Shown: positions 8,830 through 19,067 of the stretch, piece after piece
Layout of the letters: each line of letters begins with the position of its first letter
How positions within the stretch are numbered: position 1 is the first letter of the stretch
NCBI GenBank assembly: GCA_045618065.1
Contig: JAZLJU010000026.1
Coordinates: 1 to 48,448, forward strand
From: Candidatus Nanosyncoccus sp.
Lineage (GTDB): Bacteria; Patescibacteriota; Saccharimonadia; Saccharimonadales; Saccharimonadaceae
Reading direction: 5' to 3'
Length of the DNA: 48,448 nucleotides
Translations under genes and position numbers: made by a program
The notes under the pieces: model-generated
Told to the model about the DNA's origin: nothing
What the model saw: only the letters and a program-made list of their open reading frames with translations
Databases searched by the model: none

Positions 8830-9519
8830 TTATTCAACCAAAACAGCTCGTGTGAACTGACGAGATAGATAAGTTTGCTGGGCCTGCGACCATTCGCCAG
8901 TACAAGTAATCAGAGTTACAGACTCCCTACCAAGCTCCGGAGATTTCATAGCCTCATTCATATATTTATTTGCTTCTTCTAGCAGAACTGCCGTGTTTTC
9001 CACTACTTCATATCTGTAAATTATTCCGTCGCCACGTTCAACTTTTATGATATCACCTCTAGCTAAATTTGGCAGATCTTTAAAAACACCGTAAACGTGT
9101 GGCCCGCCATTATGGCCATCTATTACCATAGTACCACCCAGACCTGGCTTGCCAGAACTTTCATACCATCCCACGTCAAAAATATTACGAGGTGTATCTA
9201 ACTCTCCCTCCGCATTTACCCCCATTGCTAAAATTCGAGAATTCACAATGCCAAGTTTTTCAATGCTCAAATAACGTGGTCTATCTGGTGCAACCGTATA
9301 CTCTCTTACTACATCTTCGCTAGGTTTTTCCTCATCTAGCTCCTCGCCGGTGTCAATTACTTCGACAATCGCCCGCTCGCTACCTTCCTTAGAACTATAA
9401 TAATCATTTTCAAAAACCATTATTCGTATCAAGAACACCAAAAACAAAACTATAAGCACCGAGTAAATTATCCACTTTATAATTGTACGCCAACTTCTAA
9501 TTTTCAAGCTCATCACCAA
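8830..9519 (-). CDS. class F sortase
   Basis: N-terminal TM, VGWY, PG..GT.VIDGHN, LITC, downstream Arg. Confidence 0.85.
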   Translation of the reverse strand: MVMSLKIRSWRTIIKWIIYSVLIVLFLVFLIRIMVFENDYYSSKEGSERAIVEVIDTGEELDEEKPSEDVVREYTVAPDRPRYLSIEKLGIVNSRILAMGVNAEGELDTPRNIFDVGWYESSGKPGLGGTMVIDGHNGGPHVYGVFKDLPNLARGDIIKVERGDGIIYRYEVVENTAVLLEEANKYMNEAMKSPELGRESVTLITCTGEWSQAQQTYLSRQFTRAVLVE

Positions 9520-10930
9520 AATCGTCGTAAGTTACCATTAATGCCCTAGAATCTATCGACCGTAGATTTTCCAATGCCACCGTCACTACGATAAGAAGCC
9601 CCGTACCAGAAATCGAAAGCCCAATCGGCGCTCCAGTTATCACGATAAAGATATAATCCGTGATAAATGGCAACATCGCAATCAGACCTAAAGCCAAAGC
9701 GCCAAATAAGTCCAACCTATTAACTACTTTACTCAAATAGTCCGCCGTCTGAATACCAGGACGCACGCCTTCGATAAATCCACCCTGTTTTTGTAAATTA
9801 TTTGCAATCTCCTTAGTATTAAAAACGATAGAGGTATAAAAATATGTGAACATAAAGACCAATAAGAAATAAACCGCCGGATAGATAAACCACTGCCCTG
9901 TAATACCGTTCGGGTAAATAGTTGAAAAGTTGCTTGCAGATGGTGCAGAGAACACAGTCACCAAAGTAGCACCAACTTCGCTATTCCCATCTAATGACAA
10001 CATTACTTGGCCGATCAAGGCCGGCAACGACAAGAATGCCGTCGCGAAAATTACCGGAATCACGCCAGCCGCAATTACCTTAATTGGCAAAATTGATTTA
10101 ATCCCGCCATAAGATGAATTGCCATGCACACGCTTTGCGTAATTTACCGTAATTATTCGCTGCGCCTCGTTTATCTTTACTAAGAAATAAATCACAAAGA
10201 TCATCGCTATTGCAAACCCAAGAATAATCCAAAAAGTTACCGGATTTACTGGTAAATTCAACCAACCAAACAAACTTAACGAACCATTAGAGACATCTGT
10301 AAGAGATGCCCACAAAGTCGCCATTGTAGTAGGAAGTTGAGATACAATTGAAGCCAAAATCAAAGTAGAAATACCATTGCCCACCCCCTGCTCAGTGATT
10401 AACTCGCCCATCCACATCAAGATCATCGAACCAGCAGTCATTGCCGTAACAGATAAAGACCAATCGCGAATCGTAGGAGTAAAATCAGCCGCTATATTTG
10501 CAGATAAAGTCGACTGATACAAAATAAATATATAGGCAATAGATTGTACAATTGCTAAAGGTAGTGTCAAAATACGCGTCCACTGATTAATTTTTTTGCG
10601 ACCTGTTTCCCCGTCATTAGATAATTCTTCCAATTTAGGAATAGCTTTAGTCAAAAGCTGCACTACGATGGAGCTAGTAATGTACGGGGATAAACCCACT
10701 AAGATAATACTAAAAGATGCTAAACCACCGCCAGAAATTAAATTCAAGAAATTTGAAAAATCTGATTTTTCTAACAAATTAGTTACTGCTTCTTTAAAAG
10801 TCGACGCGTCACCCATCGGCACCGGCACTTGTGCCAAAAACCTATATGCTACAACAATTCCGAATATTGCCAACACCCGTTTTAGCATGTCTTTATTTTT
10901 TAGGGATTTGAAAATAGTCTTGAAATGCAT
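9497..10930 (-). CDS. secY: preprotein translocase SecY
   Basis: GLSPYITSSIVVQLL, GVGNGIS, AGVIPVIFA, FIEGVRPG. Confidence 0.97.
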   Translation of the reverse strand: MHFKTIFKSLKNKDMLKRVLAIFGIVVAYRFLAQVPVPMGDASTFKEAVTNLLEKSDFSNFLNLISGGGLASFSIILVGLSPYITSSIVVQLLTKAIPKLEELSNDGETGRKKINQWTRILTLPLAIVQSIAYIFILYQSTLSANIAADFTPTIRDWSLSVTAMTAGSMILMWMGELITEQGVGNGISTLILASIVSQLPTTMATLWASLTDVSNGSLSLFGWLNLPVNPVTFWIILGFAIAMIFVIYFLVKINEAQRIITVNYAKRVHGNSSYGGIKSILPIKVIAAGVIPVIFATAFLSLPALIGQVMLSLDGNSEVGATLVTVFSAPSASNFSTIYPNGITGQWFIYPAVYFLLVFMFTYFYTSIVFNTKEIANNLQKQGGFIEGVRPGIQTADYLSKVVNRLDLFGALALGLIAMLPFITDYIFIVITGAPIGLSISGTGLLIVVTVALENLRSIDSRALMVTYDDFGDELEN

Positions 10931-10972
10931 AATACCTCTTAATAACTTTTTTCATTATATCACGTAGCTTAA

Positions 10973-11004
10973 AAAAAATAAAGGGCTTTCGCCCTTTATT
11001 TTTT
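10973..11004. terminator. intrinsic terminator after rpoC
   Basis: aaaaaataaagggc-tttc-gccctttatttttt. Confidence 0.8.
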
Positions 11005-11010
11005 GAAGTT

Positions 11011-14000
11011 TTAGAGATTTTCTAAATCTTCTTCGGTCGGAGTTTCGGATTCCGATACCTCTAGACTAGCTAAAGGCATAACTCCTGTACCAACTGGAAT
11101 CTTGCGACCAATAATCACATTCTCTTTAAGGCCCTTCAAGCGATCGACCCTACCATTAATTGCTGCGTTTATCAAAACTCTTGTTGTGTCTTGGAACGAA
11201 GCTGCCGAGAGGAATGAATCCGAGAATATCGAAACTTTAGTAATACCTAAAAGTAAATTGTTATAAGTCGCTGGGGTTTTGCCAGATGCTTCTAGCTCAT
11301 AGTTCTGAGTCATAATCGCTGATCTAGAGACGACATCCCCAGATACAAATTCAGAATCACCCGCATCAACAATTTGTACTCTCGAGAACATTTGGCGAAC
11401 CAAAATTTCCAGGTGCTTTGGTGAAATTTCATGACCCTGAGCCGCATACACATTAAGAACATCGTTCATAATGTAACGTTCAGTCGCTTCAATTCCCTTA
11501 TATTTCATCAAATCTTGCAAATTCAAAGAACCTGTAGTCAATCTGTCACCAGCCGTTACTGAATCATTAGATTTAACAACTAATTCAGCATCTCCAGGGA
11601 TTTCTACCTTTTTGGCATCACCTGCCGCGCTTACCAAGATAATCGCATCTTTGACCAACTCGATTATCCCGTCACAAGGAGCCTTGATAGCTTCTTTTCC
11701 TCCGCTTTTTCTCGCCAAGGTTGCACCTTTTTTAACACTCTCTCCATCTTTTACGGCTGGATTGCGTCCGTCAAGTGAGAATTTATTGATTTCACCAGAT
11801 TGCGGATTGATTTGGATAACATAGTGATTATCTTCCTCAGAAACTTCCACTACGCCATCAATTGGCGAAATGAAAGCTTGACCTTTTGGCGCTCGAGCCT
11901 CAAGGAGCTCTTCCACACGTGGAAGACCACGTGCAATCGCACCAGAACCAGCCACACCAGAACCGTGCTTAGTATCAAGTGTCAGCTGTGTACCAGGTTC
12001 ACCTAGAGATTGCGCCGCAATTACACCAACCGGCTGATCAGGTGCCACTAGAGAACGAGTAGCCATATCTACACCGTAAGATTTGCGTGGAATGCCATCT
12101 GCCGCCGTAGTAGATAAAATAGACTGAATTTTAACTTCATTTATTTTATCATCAGACTCAATTTGTTCTGCTATCTCTTTAGTGATTAGTTCGTCAGCTT
12201 CTAGATAGCCAGGCACTGGTTCCGCCGTGTAACGACCGCTAATTCTCGCTGCAAAGCTAATACCAGAAAGTTCAGTTTCGTTACGATAAACCGTGAACCC
12301 AGGATCTTCAGCTTCCTCATCTGTGGTGAATACATCTTGCGACACATCTACCAAGCGACGAGTAAGGTACCCAGAATCAGCAGTACGAAGTGCAGTAGAT
12401 ACCTGTCCTTGACGTGCGCCTCGAGTCGCGATAAACGATTCCAAAGTATTTAAGCCCTTCTTATAACTAGACTTAACTGGGAGCTCAATTTCATTGTTGT
12501 TAATATCCACCATGATACCAATCTCTGCCGACGCGAGCTTAATATTTGAAATATTACCACGCGCACCAGAGTTCACCATCACCGCAATATCAGTATCCAT
12601 TTCAGATAACTTACTCTGCAAGAACTCAGAAATTTTACCATCGATATCACGCCAGTTATTGACTGTCAAATTGTAACGCTCTTCTTCGGTCATAAGACCT
12701 TCATCGAACTGCGTCTGAATTTGAGCAGTTTTTCCGTCACCTTCTGCAATGAAATCATCAATCTCATCATAAGTTGGGTAATCGCCTTTGGCCGTAGAAA
12801 TCGAAGCGACCGTTTCGTATTCAAATGCCAAATCCTTCAAAGCATCTGCGGTCTTTACTGTAGCTTCTGCCCCATAAAGATCAAAGATATTTGCCATAAC
12901 CTTGGATAGATGTTTTTTGGTTTGCACAGAATTATCATATGGATATTCTTTCGGCAAAATTTCATTGAAAAATACTCTACCTAAAGTCGTATCACGAATT
13001 TCTTTTTTCGCAAACACACGAATAGGTGTTTGAAGATCGATCAAGCCTTGGTCATAAGCCATTTCAGCTTCGAAAACCGAAGAGAAAGCTTTTGCTTCAC
13101 CCTTATCCGTACCCGGGCGATCATAAGTCAGATAATATGCACCGAGCACTACATCCTGGTAAATAGCAAGCACTGGTGAACCATCAGCAGGTTTAAGTAA
13201 GTTCTTAGTTGCCGACATAAGTTCGCGTGCTTCAGCCTGTGCCGCATCAGAAAGTGGTAAATGCACCGCCATTTGATCGCCATCGTAGTCAGCGTTAAAG
13301 CCCGAAGCTACCAAAGGATGCAACTTAATTGCTTTACCATCAATCAGTCTTGGCTGGAACGCTTGCACTGATAAACGGTGAAGTGAAGGAGCACGGTTAA
13401 GAAGTACATATTTACCTTTAATTACTTCGTCAAGCGCATCCCAAACCACAGTTTCCTTTGCCTCAATCAAGCGCGAAGCTGCACGGATATTATTTGCATA
13501 TTCGTTGCCTAGAAGCCAAGAAATGACAAACGGCTTGAATAATTCAAGTGCCATTTGTTTTGGCAAACCACATTCATGAAGTTGCAACTCTGGACCTACC
13601 ACAATTACTGAACGTCCAGAATAATCTACGCGCTTACCAAGCAAATTCTGACGAAAACGACCTTGTTTGCCCTTCAGTAAATCAGACAAAGACTTCAATT
13701 TTCTACGGCCATTTGTAGAATTCGCTCCTCTAGCACCATGTGATGCAGAATTATCAATCAAAGCGTCAACCGCCTCTTGCAACATACGCATCTCATTGCG
13801 ACAAATAACCTCTGGTGCATTTAGATCTAATAACTTTTTCAAACGATTATTACGGTTGATTACACGACGATATAAATCGTTTAAATCAGAAGTCGCAAAT
13901 CGACCACCAGGAAGCGCAATCATTGGACGCAAATCTGGTGGAATTACCGGAATTACAGTTAATACTAAATCAGAAGGAGAAATTTCAGCCGATTGCATAC

Positions 14001-14844
14001 CTTCTAAAGTCTTCAAACGCTTTTGAATTTTCTTTTCTTTTTGACCTTTTGCTTCTGCTTCCTCTTTATGTAAATCCTCAATCAATTTATCTAAATCGAC
14101 TTCATCAAGCATCTTTTTAATTGCTGTTGCCCCCATACCGACAACAATCAGATCTTCATATTCTTCTGGCAAATTACGATACTGGTTTTCTGTTAAAACG
14201 CCTCCTTTACGGAAAGATTCGAGCAAAGATTTCTTCGCCGCAAAATCATTTTCGAGCTCTTCTAATTCTTTAGTTCGAGCTTCAGCTAACGCCTTTACGT
14301 CTGCTTTCTCAGCTTTCGATTCTTTATCAAAACGAATTTTAATCGCCTCACGCGCTGCTGCAGTTTGATTCTCTAAACTCTCTAAAGTTTTTTGAATTTC
14401 ATCGGTTTTAGCGTCAGTAATCAAGTAAGCAGCAAAATAAACTACTTTTTCGATATTTTTTACAGTTATATCAAGAAGCAAACCAAGGGCAGAAGGCACA
14501 CCACGCATAAACCAAGTGTGAGCCACTGGCGCCGCCAAAGAAATATGCCCCATACGTTCACGACGCGTAATGGATTTAGTAACTAAATTACCTTCCTTAT
14601 CTACTGCAGCTTCACGTGAGCGTACGCCTTTCAATTTGCTATCATGTGGATTAATATCTTTAGTTGGTCCAAAAATCCTTTCACAGAACAAACCATCTCG
14701 TTCTGGTTTTTGGGTGCGATAATTAATCGTTTCTGGCTTAGTTACTTCGCCGTAGCTCCAATTCAAAATATCGTCGCGACTTGCCACCGATAATCTAATT
14801 GAGTCGAAATCTGAAGCACTAATGAAATTTTCCATCCACGCCAT
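11011..14844 (-). CDS. rpoC: RNA polymerase beta' subunit (likely start ATG 14844)
   Basis: KPETINYRT, GRFRQNLLGKRVDYSGRS, NADYDGDQM catalytic motif; GGAGAGGAG SD before ATG 14844. Confidence 0.98.
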   Translation of the reverse strand: MAWMENFISASDFDSIRLSVASRDDILNWSYGEVTKPETINYRTQKPERDGLFCERIFGPTKDINPHDSKLKGVRSREAAVDKEGNLVTKSITRRERMGHISLAAPVAHTWFMRGVPSALGLLLDITVKNIEKVVYFAAYLITDAKTDEIQKTLESLENQTAAAREAIKIRFDKESKAEKADVKALAEARTKELEELENDFAAKKSLLESFRKGGVLTENQYRNLPEEYEDLIVVGMGATAIKKMLDEVDLDKLIEDLHKEEAEAKGQKEKKIQKRLKTLEGMQSAEISPSDLVLTVIPVIPPDLRPMIALPGGRFATSDLNDLYRRVINRNNRLKKLLDLNAPEVICRNEMRMLQEAVDALIDNSASHGARGANSTNGRRKLKSLSDLLKGKQGRFRQNLLGKRVDYSGRSVIVVGPELQLHECGLPKQMALELFKPFVISWLLGNEYANNIRAASRLIEAKETVVWDALDEVIKGKYVLLNRAPSLHRLSVQAFQPRLIDGKAIKLHPLVASGFNADYDGDQMAVHLPLSDAAQAEARELMSATKNLLKPADGSPVLAIYQDVVLGAYYLTYDRPGTDKGEAKAFSSVFEAEMAYDQGLIDLQTPIRVFAKKEIRDTTLGRVFFNEILPKEYPYDNSVQTKKHLSKVMANIFDLYGAEATVKTADALKDLAFEYETVASISTAKGDYPTYDEIDDFIAEGDGKTAQIQTQFDEGLMTEEERYNLTVNNWRDIDGKISEFLQSKLSEMDTDIAVMVNSGARGNISNIKLASAEIGIMVDINNNEIELPVKSSYKKGLNTLESFIATRGARQGQVSTALRTADSGYLTRRLVDVSQDVFTTDEEAEDPGFTVYRNETELSGISFAARISGRYTAEPVPGYLEADELITKEIAEQIESDDKINEVKIQSILSTTAADGIPRKSYGVDMATRSLVAPDQPVGVIAAQSLGEPGTQLTLDTKHGSGVAGSGAIARGLPRVEELLEARAPKGQAFISPIDGVVEVSEEDNHYVIQINPQSGEINKFSLDGRNPAVKDGESVKKGATLARKSGGKEAIKAPCDGIIELVKDAIILVSAAGDAKKVEIPGDAELVVKSNDSVTAGDRLTTGSLNLQDLMKYKGIEATERYIMNDVLNVYAAQGHEISPKHLEILVRQMFSRVQIVDAGDSEFVSGDVVSRSAIMTQNYELEASGKTPATYNNLLLGITKVSIFSDSFLSAASFQDTTRVLINAAINGRVDRLKGLKENVIIGRKIPVGTGVMPLASLEVSESETPTEEDLENL

Positions 14845-14845
14845 T

Positions 14846-17800
14846 TTAGAACTCCTCTCCGAGATCAACTATACCGTCGTCGTCAACCTCTTTTATTTCG
14901 ATACCTTCTTCCGCCATCATGGCTTCTGCTTCCGCATCGTCCAAATCTAAAATTTGCGGTTCGGCATCTTTTTTATGTTGATCATAAATCGCTTGGTCGT
15001 CTCTATCTTTTTCAATTTCCTTTGAAGTTTTCTCAATTACGTCGCTAGCATCTGATGATTCACCATGATCCAACAAATCAACTTTAAGACCTAAACCTTG
15101 TAATTCCTTCACCAAAACATTAAAACCTTCTGGCAATTTTGGCCCTTCAATTGGTTCGTGTTTAATGATCGCTTCATACGCCTTAGCACGACCATAGACA
15201 TCGTCAGACTTAATAGTAAGCATTTCTTGCAAAGTAGTCGCTGCCCCATAAGCTTCAAGCGCCCAGACCTCCATCTCCCCGAAACGCTGACCGCCATTTT
15301 GTGCCTTACCGCCAAGCGGTTGTTGCGTAACCATAGTATAAGGGCCTGTAGAACGTGCATGAATCTTATCTTCCACCATATGATGAAGCTTAAGCATATG
15401 CATTACACCTACAGATGTTCTTTGGTGGAATGGCTCACCGGTTAAACCATCATAGAGTTGTACTCTACCATCACGGTCAAAACCAGCTTTTTCTAGCTCA
15501 TCACTAATTATCTCATCTGGTACACCATTAAATGATGGCGTAGCTACTTTGTAGCCTAAAGCACGTGCTGCCATACCGAGATGAGTTTCAAAGAGCTGCC
15601 CCAAATTCATACGGCTTGGCACGCCCATTGGCGAAAGCACGATATCAATTGGAGTACCATCTTCCATAAATGGCATATCCTCGACCGGCAAAACTCGTGA
15701 TACCACACCCTTATTTCCATGTCGTCCAGCAAGCTTATCACCTACGCCAATTTTACGCATCTCTGCTACGAAAATCTTAATTTGCATAATCACGCCAGCC
15801 TTAAGATCATGACCTTGCTCGCGAGTATAAACACGTACACCAACAACTTTACCAGTTGATGTCCCGTTCATACGTACAGAAGTGTCGCGTACATCTTTAG
15901 CTTTTTCACCAAAGATCGCGCGAAGTAAGCGTTCCTCAGAGGACAATTCTTGCTCACCCTTCGGTGTAATTTTACCTACTAAGATATCTCCGTTCTTGAC
16001 TTCTGAACCGACTACTACGATGCCATCTTCACCTAAATGACGCAAAGAATGTTCAGAAACATTCGGAATATCACGAGTCACCTGTTCTGGCCCGAGTTTA
16101 GTTTCACGTACTTCGACATCAAAGTCCTTAATATTAATAGATGTCAAAGTATCATCCTCTACTAAGCGATTAGAGATAACAATCGCGTCATCCATGTTAT
16201 AACCACGCCATGGCATAAATGCTACGAGTAAATCTCGGCCTAAAGCTAATTCACCATCATTAACCGAAGCTCCTTCGATTAATGTATCTCCTTTTTTAAC
16301 TTTTTGACCACGTGCCACTACCGTATGTTGGTTGTAGCAACGATCATCATTAGTTTTCTCAAAATGTTGCAACTTATACTCTTTGTCTCCGCCTTTCTCA
16401 TAAGATACAATCACCGACTCGCCATCAGCTTTCTTTACAACACCATTACCAGAAGCCATCACTAATTGTGAAGTATTCTTAGCAATCTCACGCTCAATAC
16501 CAGTGCCAACAACTGGATTATCTTGTTTAAGAAGCGGGACAGCCTGTTTCTGCATAGCGCAAGCCATCAAAGAACGGTCAACACGGTTCTTCTCCACGAA
16601 TGGAATCAAGCTGGCCGAAGCACCCAAAATCTCTTTATGCGCAGCATCAATATGGGTAACTCTGCTTGCTTCTACTTGTGCCGGAGCACCATGTACGCGC
16701 GCCGAAACCCATTCTTCTTTAAATTTACCATTTTTATCCAATTTTACAGACGCATCAGCAATTACCATATCGTTTTCTGTATCAGCATCCATATAAATAA
16801 CTTCATCTGTAACTTTACCATTTTTAACTACACGGTATGGAGCTTCAATAAAGCCATATTCGTTAATTTTTGCATAGGTTGCAAGGTTTAAAACCAAACC
16901 CACGTTACCACCTTCAGGTGTTTCTACTGTACAAATACGACCATAATGTGTTGGGTGAGCATCACGCACATCAAAACCAGCACGTTCGCGCGTTAAACCA
17001 CCAGGCCCCATCGAACTTAGACGGCGCTTATGTGCAAGTTCTGAAAATGGGTTAACTTCGTCCATTAGCTGTGAAAGTTGTGAGGTAGCAAAGAATTCTT
17101 TCACTGCAGCTACGACTGGACGAGAATTTAATAGCTGCGATGGCGTAACTTCTTCTGGATTTGCCATTGACATTCTATCCAAAATATTACGTTGTAAGCG
17201 CAACATACCCAAACGGAATTGACGCTGTACTAATTCACCTACGCATTTTATACGGCGATTGCTTAAGGAATCAATATCGTCTGGCGCTTCTTGAGTAATA
17301 TTCAAACGGATAATTTCAGATATAATCGCCACCATATCGTCAATTTGCAAAGTTCTATACTCTGGTTCATTTGGAGTTTCCAAGTTCAACCTACGATTAA
17401 TCTTAAAACGTCCAACTTTAGAATAGTCATAACGTTTCGGATCGAAAAATACTTTTTCAATCATTGAACGAGCATTTTCTACGGTTGCCAAATCGCCTGG
17501 TCTCAAACGACGATAGACCTCAAGTAAAGCTTCACCTTGATTAGAGGTGGTGTCTTTATCGAAAGTTGCTTCAATATAACTTTTTTCACCCTTATCGATA
17601 GCGGCAAATTTTTCTTTAATTTCAGACTTAGATAAGCCAAGCGCTCTAAGGAATGTAGTTACTGGAATTTTGCGACGACGATCAATCTTTACAAAAATCG
17701 CACCGTTTGCCGCAGTCTCAAATTCAAGCCATGCACCACGACCAGGAATTACCTTGGCCCCATAATAATTTTTTAGGCCAATCGTTGTCGCATTAAAAAA

Positions 17801-18223
17801 TACGCCAGCCGAACGAATCAACTGTGATACAATCACACGTTCAGTCCCGTTAATAATAAATGTCGCACGATCAGTCATCCATGGATAATCGCCAAAATAA
17901 AAATCCTGCTCTTTTTTCTTGCCCGTCACTTTGTTTTCGAGCTCTACTAGAACATGCAAAGGCGCCTCATAGGTCGCTAGATTATACTTAGCTTCCTGCT
18001 CAGTCTCCTTTGGTTCCTTAAAATAATAATCTTTGAACCTTAAAGCAAATTTTTGCCCAGTGTAATCCTCGATTGGATTTAGCTCAGCAAAAACTTCCCG
18101 TAGTCCATTTTCGACAAAGTCCGCCCACGAATCTTTTTGGTGTGCTGTAAGATCCGGAATTGGCAAAGCTTGGTCACCTTCGGTGAAAAATTTTCTTTCA
18201 CCTAACTTCGGTTTTGTAGCCAT
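14846..18223 (-). CDS. rpoB: RNA polymerase beta subunit
   Basis: FIINGTERVIVSQL, GDKLAGRHGNKG, GGQRFGEMEVWALEAYGA. Confidence 0.98.
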   Translation of the reverse strand: MATKPKLGERKFFTEGDQALPIPDLTAHQKDSWADFVENGLREVFAELNPIEDYTGQKFALRFKDYYFKEPKETEQEAKYNLATYEAPLHVLVELENKVTGKKKEQDFYFGDYPWMTDRATFIINGTERVIVSQLIRSAGVFFNATTIGLKNYYGAKVIPGRGAWLEFETAANGAIFVKIDRRRKIPVTTFLRALGLSKSEIKEKFAAIDKGEKSYIEATFDKDTTSNQGEALLEVYRRLRPGDLATVENARSMIEKVFFDPKRYDYSKVGRFKINRRLNLETPNEPEYRTLQIDDMVAIISEIIRLNITQEAPDDIDSLSNRRIKCVGELVQRQFRLGMLRLQRNILDRMSMANPEEVTPSQLLNSRPVVAAVKEFFATSQLSQLMDEVNPFSELAHKRRLSSMGPGGLTRERAGFDVRDAHPTHYGRICTVETPEGGNVGLVLNLATYAKINEYGFIEAPYRVVKNGKVTDEVIYMDADTENDMVIADASVKLDKNGKFKEEWVSARVHGAPAQVEASRVTHIDAAHKEILGASASLIPFVEKNRVDRSLMACAMQKQAVPLLKQDNPVVGTGIEREIAKNTSQLVMASGNGVVKKADGESVIVSYEKGGDKEYKLQHFEKTNDDRCYNQHTVVARGQKVKKGDTLIEGASVNDGELALGRDLLVAFMPWRGYNMDDAIVISNRLVEDDTLTSINIKDFDVEVRETKLGPEQVTRDIPNVSEHSLRHLGEDGIVVVGSEVKNGDILVGKITPKGEQELSSEERLLRAIFGEKAKDVRDTSVRMNGTSTGKVVGVRVYTREQGHDLKAGVIMQIKIFVAEMRKIGVGDKLAGRHGNKGVVSRVLPVEDMPFMEDGTPIDIVLSPMGVPSRMNLGQLFETHLGMAARALGYKVATPSFNGVPDEIISDELEKAGFDRDGRVQLYDGLTGEPFHQRTSVGVMHMLKLHHMVEDKIHARSTGPYTMVTQQPLGGKAQNGGQRFGEMEVWALEAYGAATTLQEMLTIKSDDVYGRAKAYEAIIKHEPIEGPKLPEGFNVLVKELQGLGLKVDLLDHGESSDASDVIEKTSKEIEKDRDDQAIYDQHKKDAEPQILDLDDAEAEAMMAEEGIEIKEVDDDGIVDLGEEF

Positions 18224-18382
18224 TCTACCTCTTTTTTATTAGTGTTATTAATCTTAGCGCTGAAGATTACTGCCCGACTCGCTATCTAGATTCGCCACTG
18301 CTAGATATTACACAAAAAATCAAGCACACTACTTCTTGAATCAATCTTACCACACTTTTTCGCAAAACACAACCCCAAAATC

Positions 18383-18474
18383 CAAAAAAGCACCCCAACG
18401 GAAGGTACTTTTTTAGACATAGATAAACTCTCAACTTTTTGTGTTTCAAGCTGACTCGCAGTTAGTTAGCTTAT
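18383..18474 (-). ncRNA. candidate ~90 nt small RNA
   Basis: own promoter (TTGCAA 18507-18502, TATAAT 18485-18480), 5' hairpin aagcuaacu/agucagcuu, terminator hairpin plus U6; no family recognised. Confidence 0.4.
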
Positions 18475-18518
18475 GCTTAATTATACGCGCTATTTTTAAA
18501 ATTGCAAGTACTTTTTCA

Positions 18519-18549
18519 AAAAAATAGACGCTTTTTTGCGCCTATTTTT
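18519..18549 (-). terminator. terminator after KH-domain gene
   Basis: aaaaatagacgc-tttttt-gcgcctattttt inverted repeat. Confidence 0.65.
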
Positions 18550-18567
18550 AAAATGTAGATAATTCAC

Positions 18568-18987
18568 TTATATATCTAAATCGTCCAAATCTGCCAATTC
18601 AGCACGAGTTTTCTCGGCCAACTCAGACTTTTCCTCTGACACGTCAGCTTCTTCAATTTCTTCAATTTCTTCAGCTTCCTCAACTTCTTTCGGTTCCTCA
18701 TGATCTTCACTTTTAACTACACTTTCATGTTCACCATCTTCATCGGTATTCACGATCTTCAAATTATAACGCGCGTCTTGCTTAGTCCCAAGAGCTCTAA
18801 GAAGCACGCGAATAGCTTGCGCCGTTACGCCTCTCTTACCAATAACTCTACCCACGTCTGATGGATCTACATTCAAAGACAACAATACACCTTTTTCATC
18901 AATTTTACGTTCGACAGAAACTTCTTCGGGATTATTTACTAAAGTTTTTACGATATATTCTACGAATTGCTGGTCGATAGTCGCCAT
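18568..18987 (-). CDS. khpA: KH-domain RNA-binding protein (KhpA/YlqC family) with acidic tail
   Basis: DVGRVIGKRG GxxG loop; conserved position after rpsP. Confidence 0.85.
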   Translation of the reverse strand: MATIDQQFVEYIVKTLVNNPEEVSVERKIDEKGVLLSLNVDPSDVGRVIGKRGVTAQAIRVLLRALGTKQDARYNLKIVNTDEDGEHESVVKSEDHEEPKEVEEAEEIEEIEEADVSEEKSELAEKTRAELADLDDLDI

Positions 18988-19067
18988 ATTTCCTCCATTT
19001 TTTTATTATTACAATAACAATTATAGCATAAAAAATAGTCTTATGAAAAGACTATTTTTTAAAAATT

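Noticed and set aside
14845-14868. Longer rpoC start from the ORF track
   Set aside because: Overlaps rpoB; ATG 14844 has a good SD.
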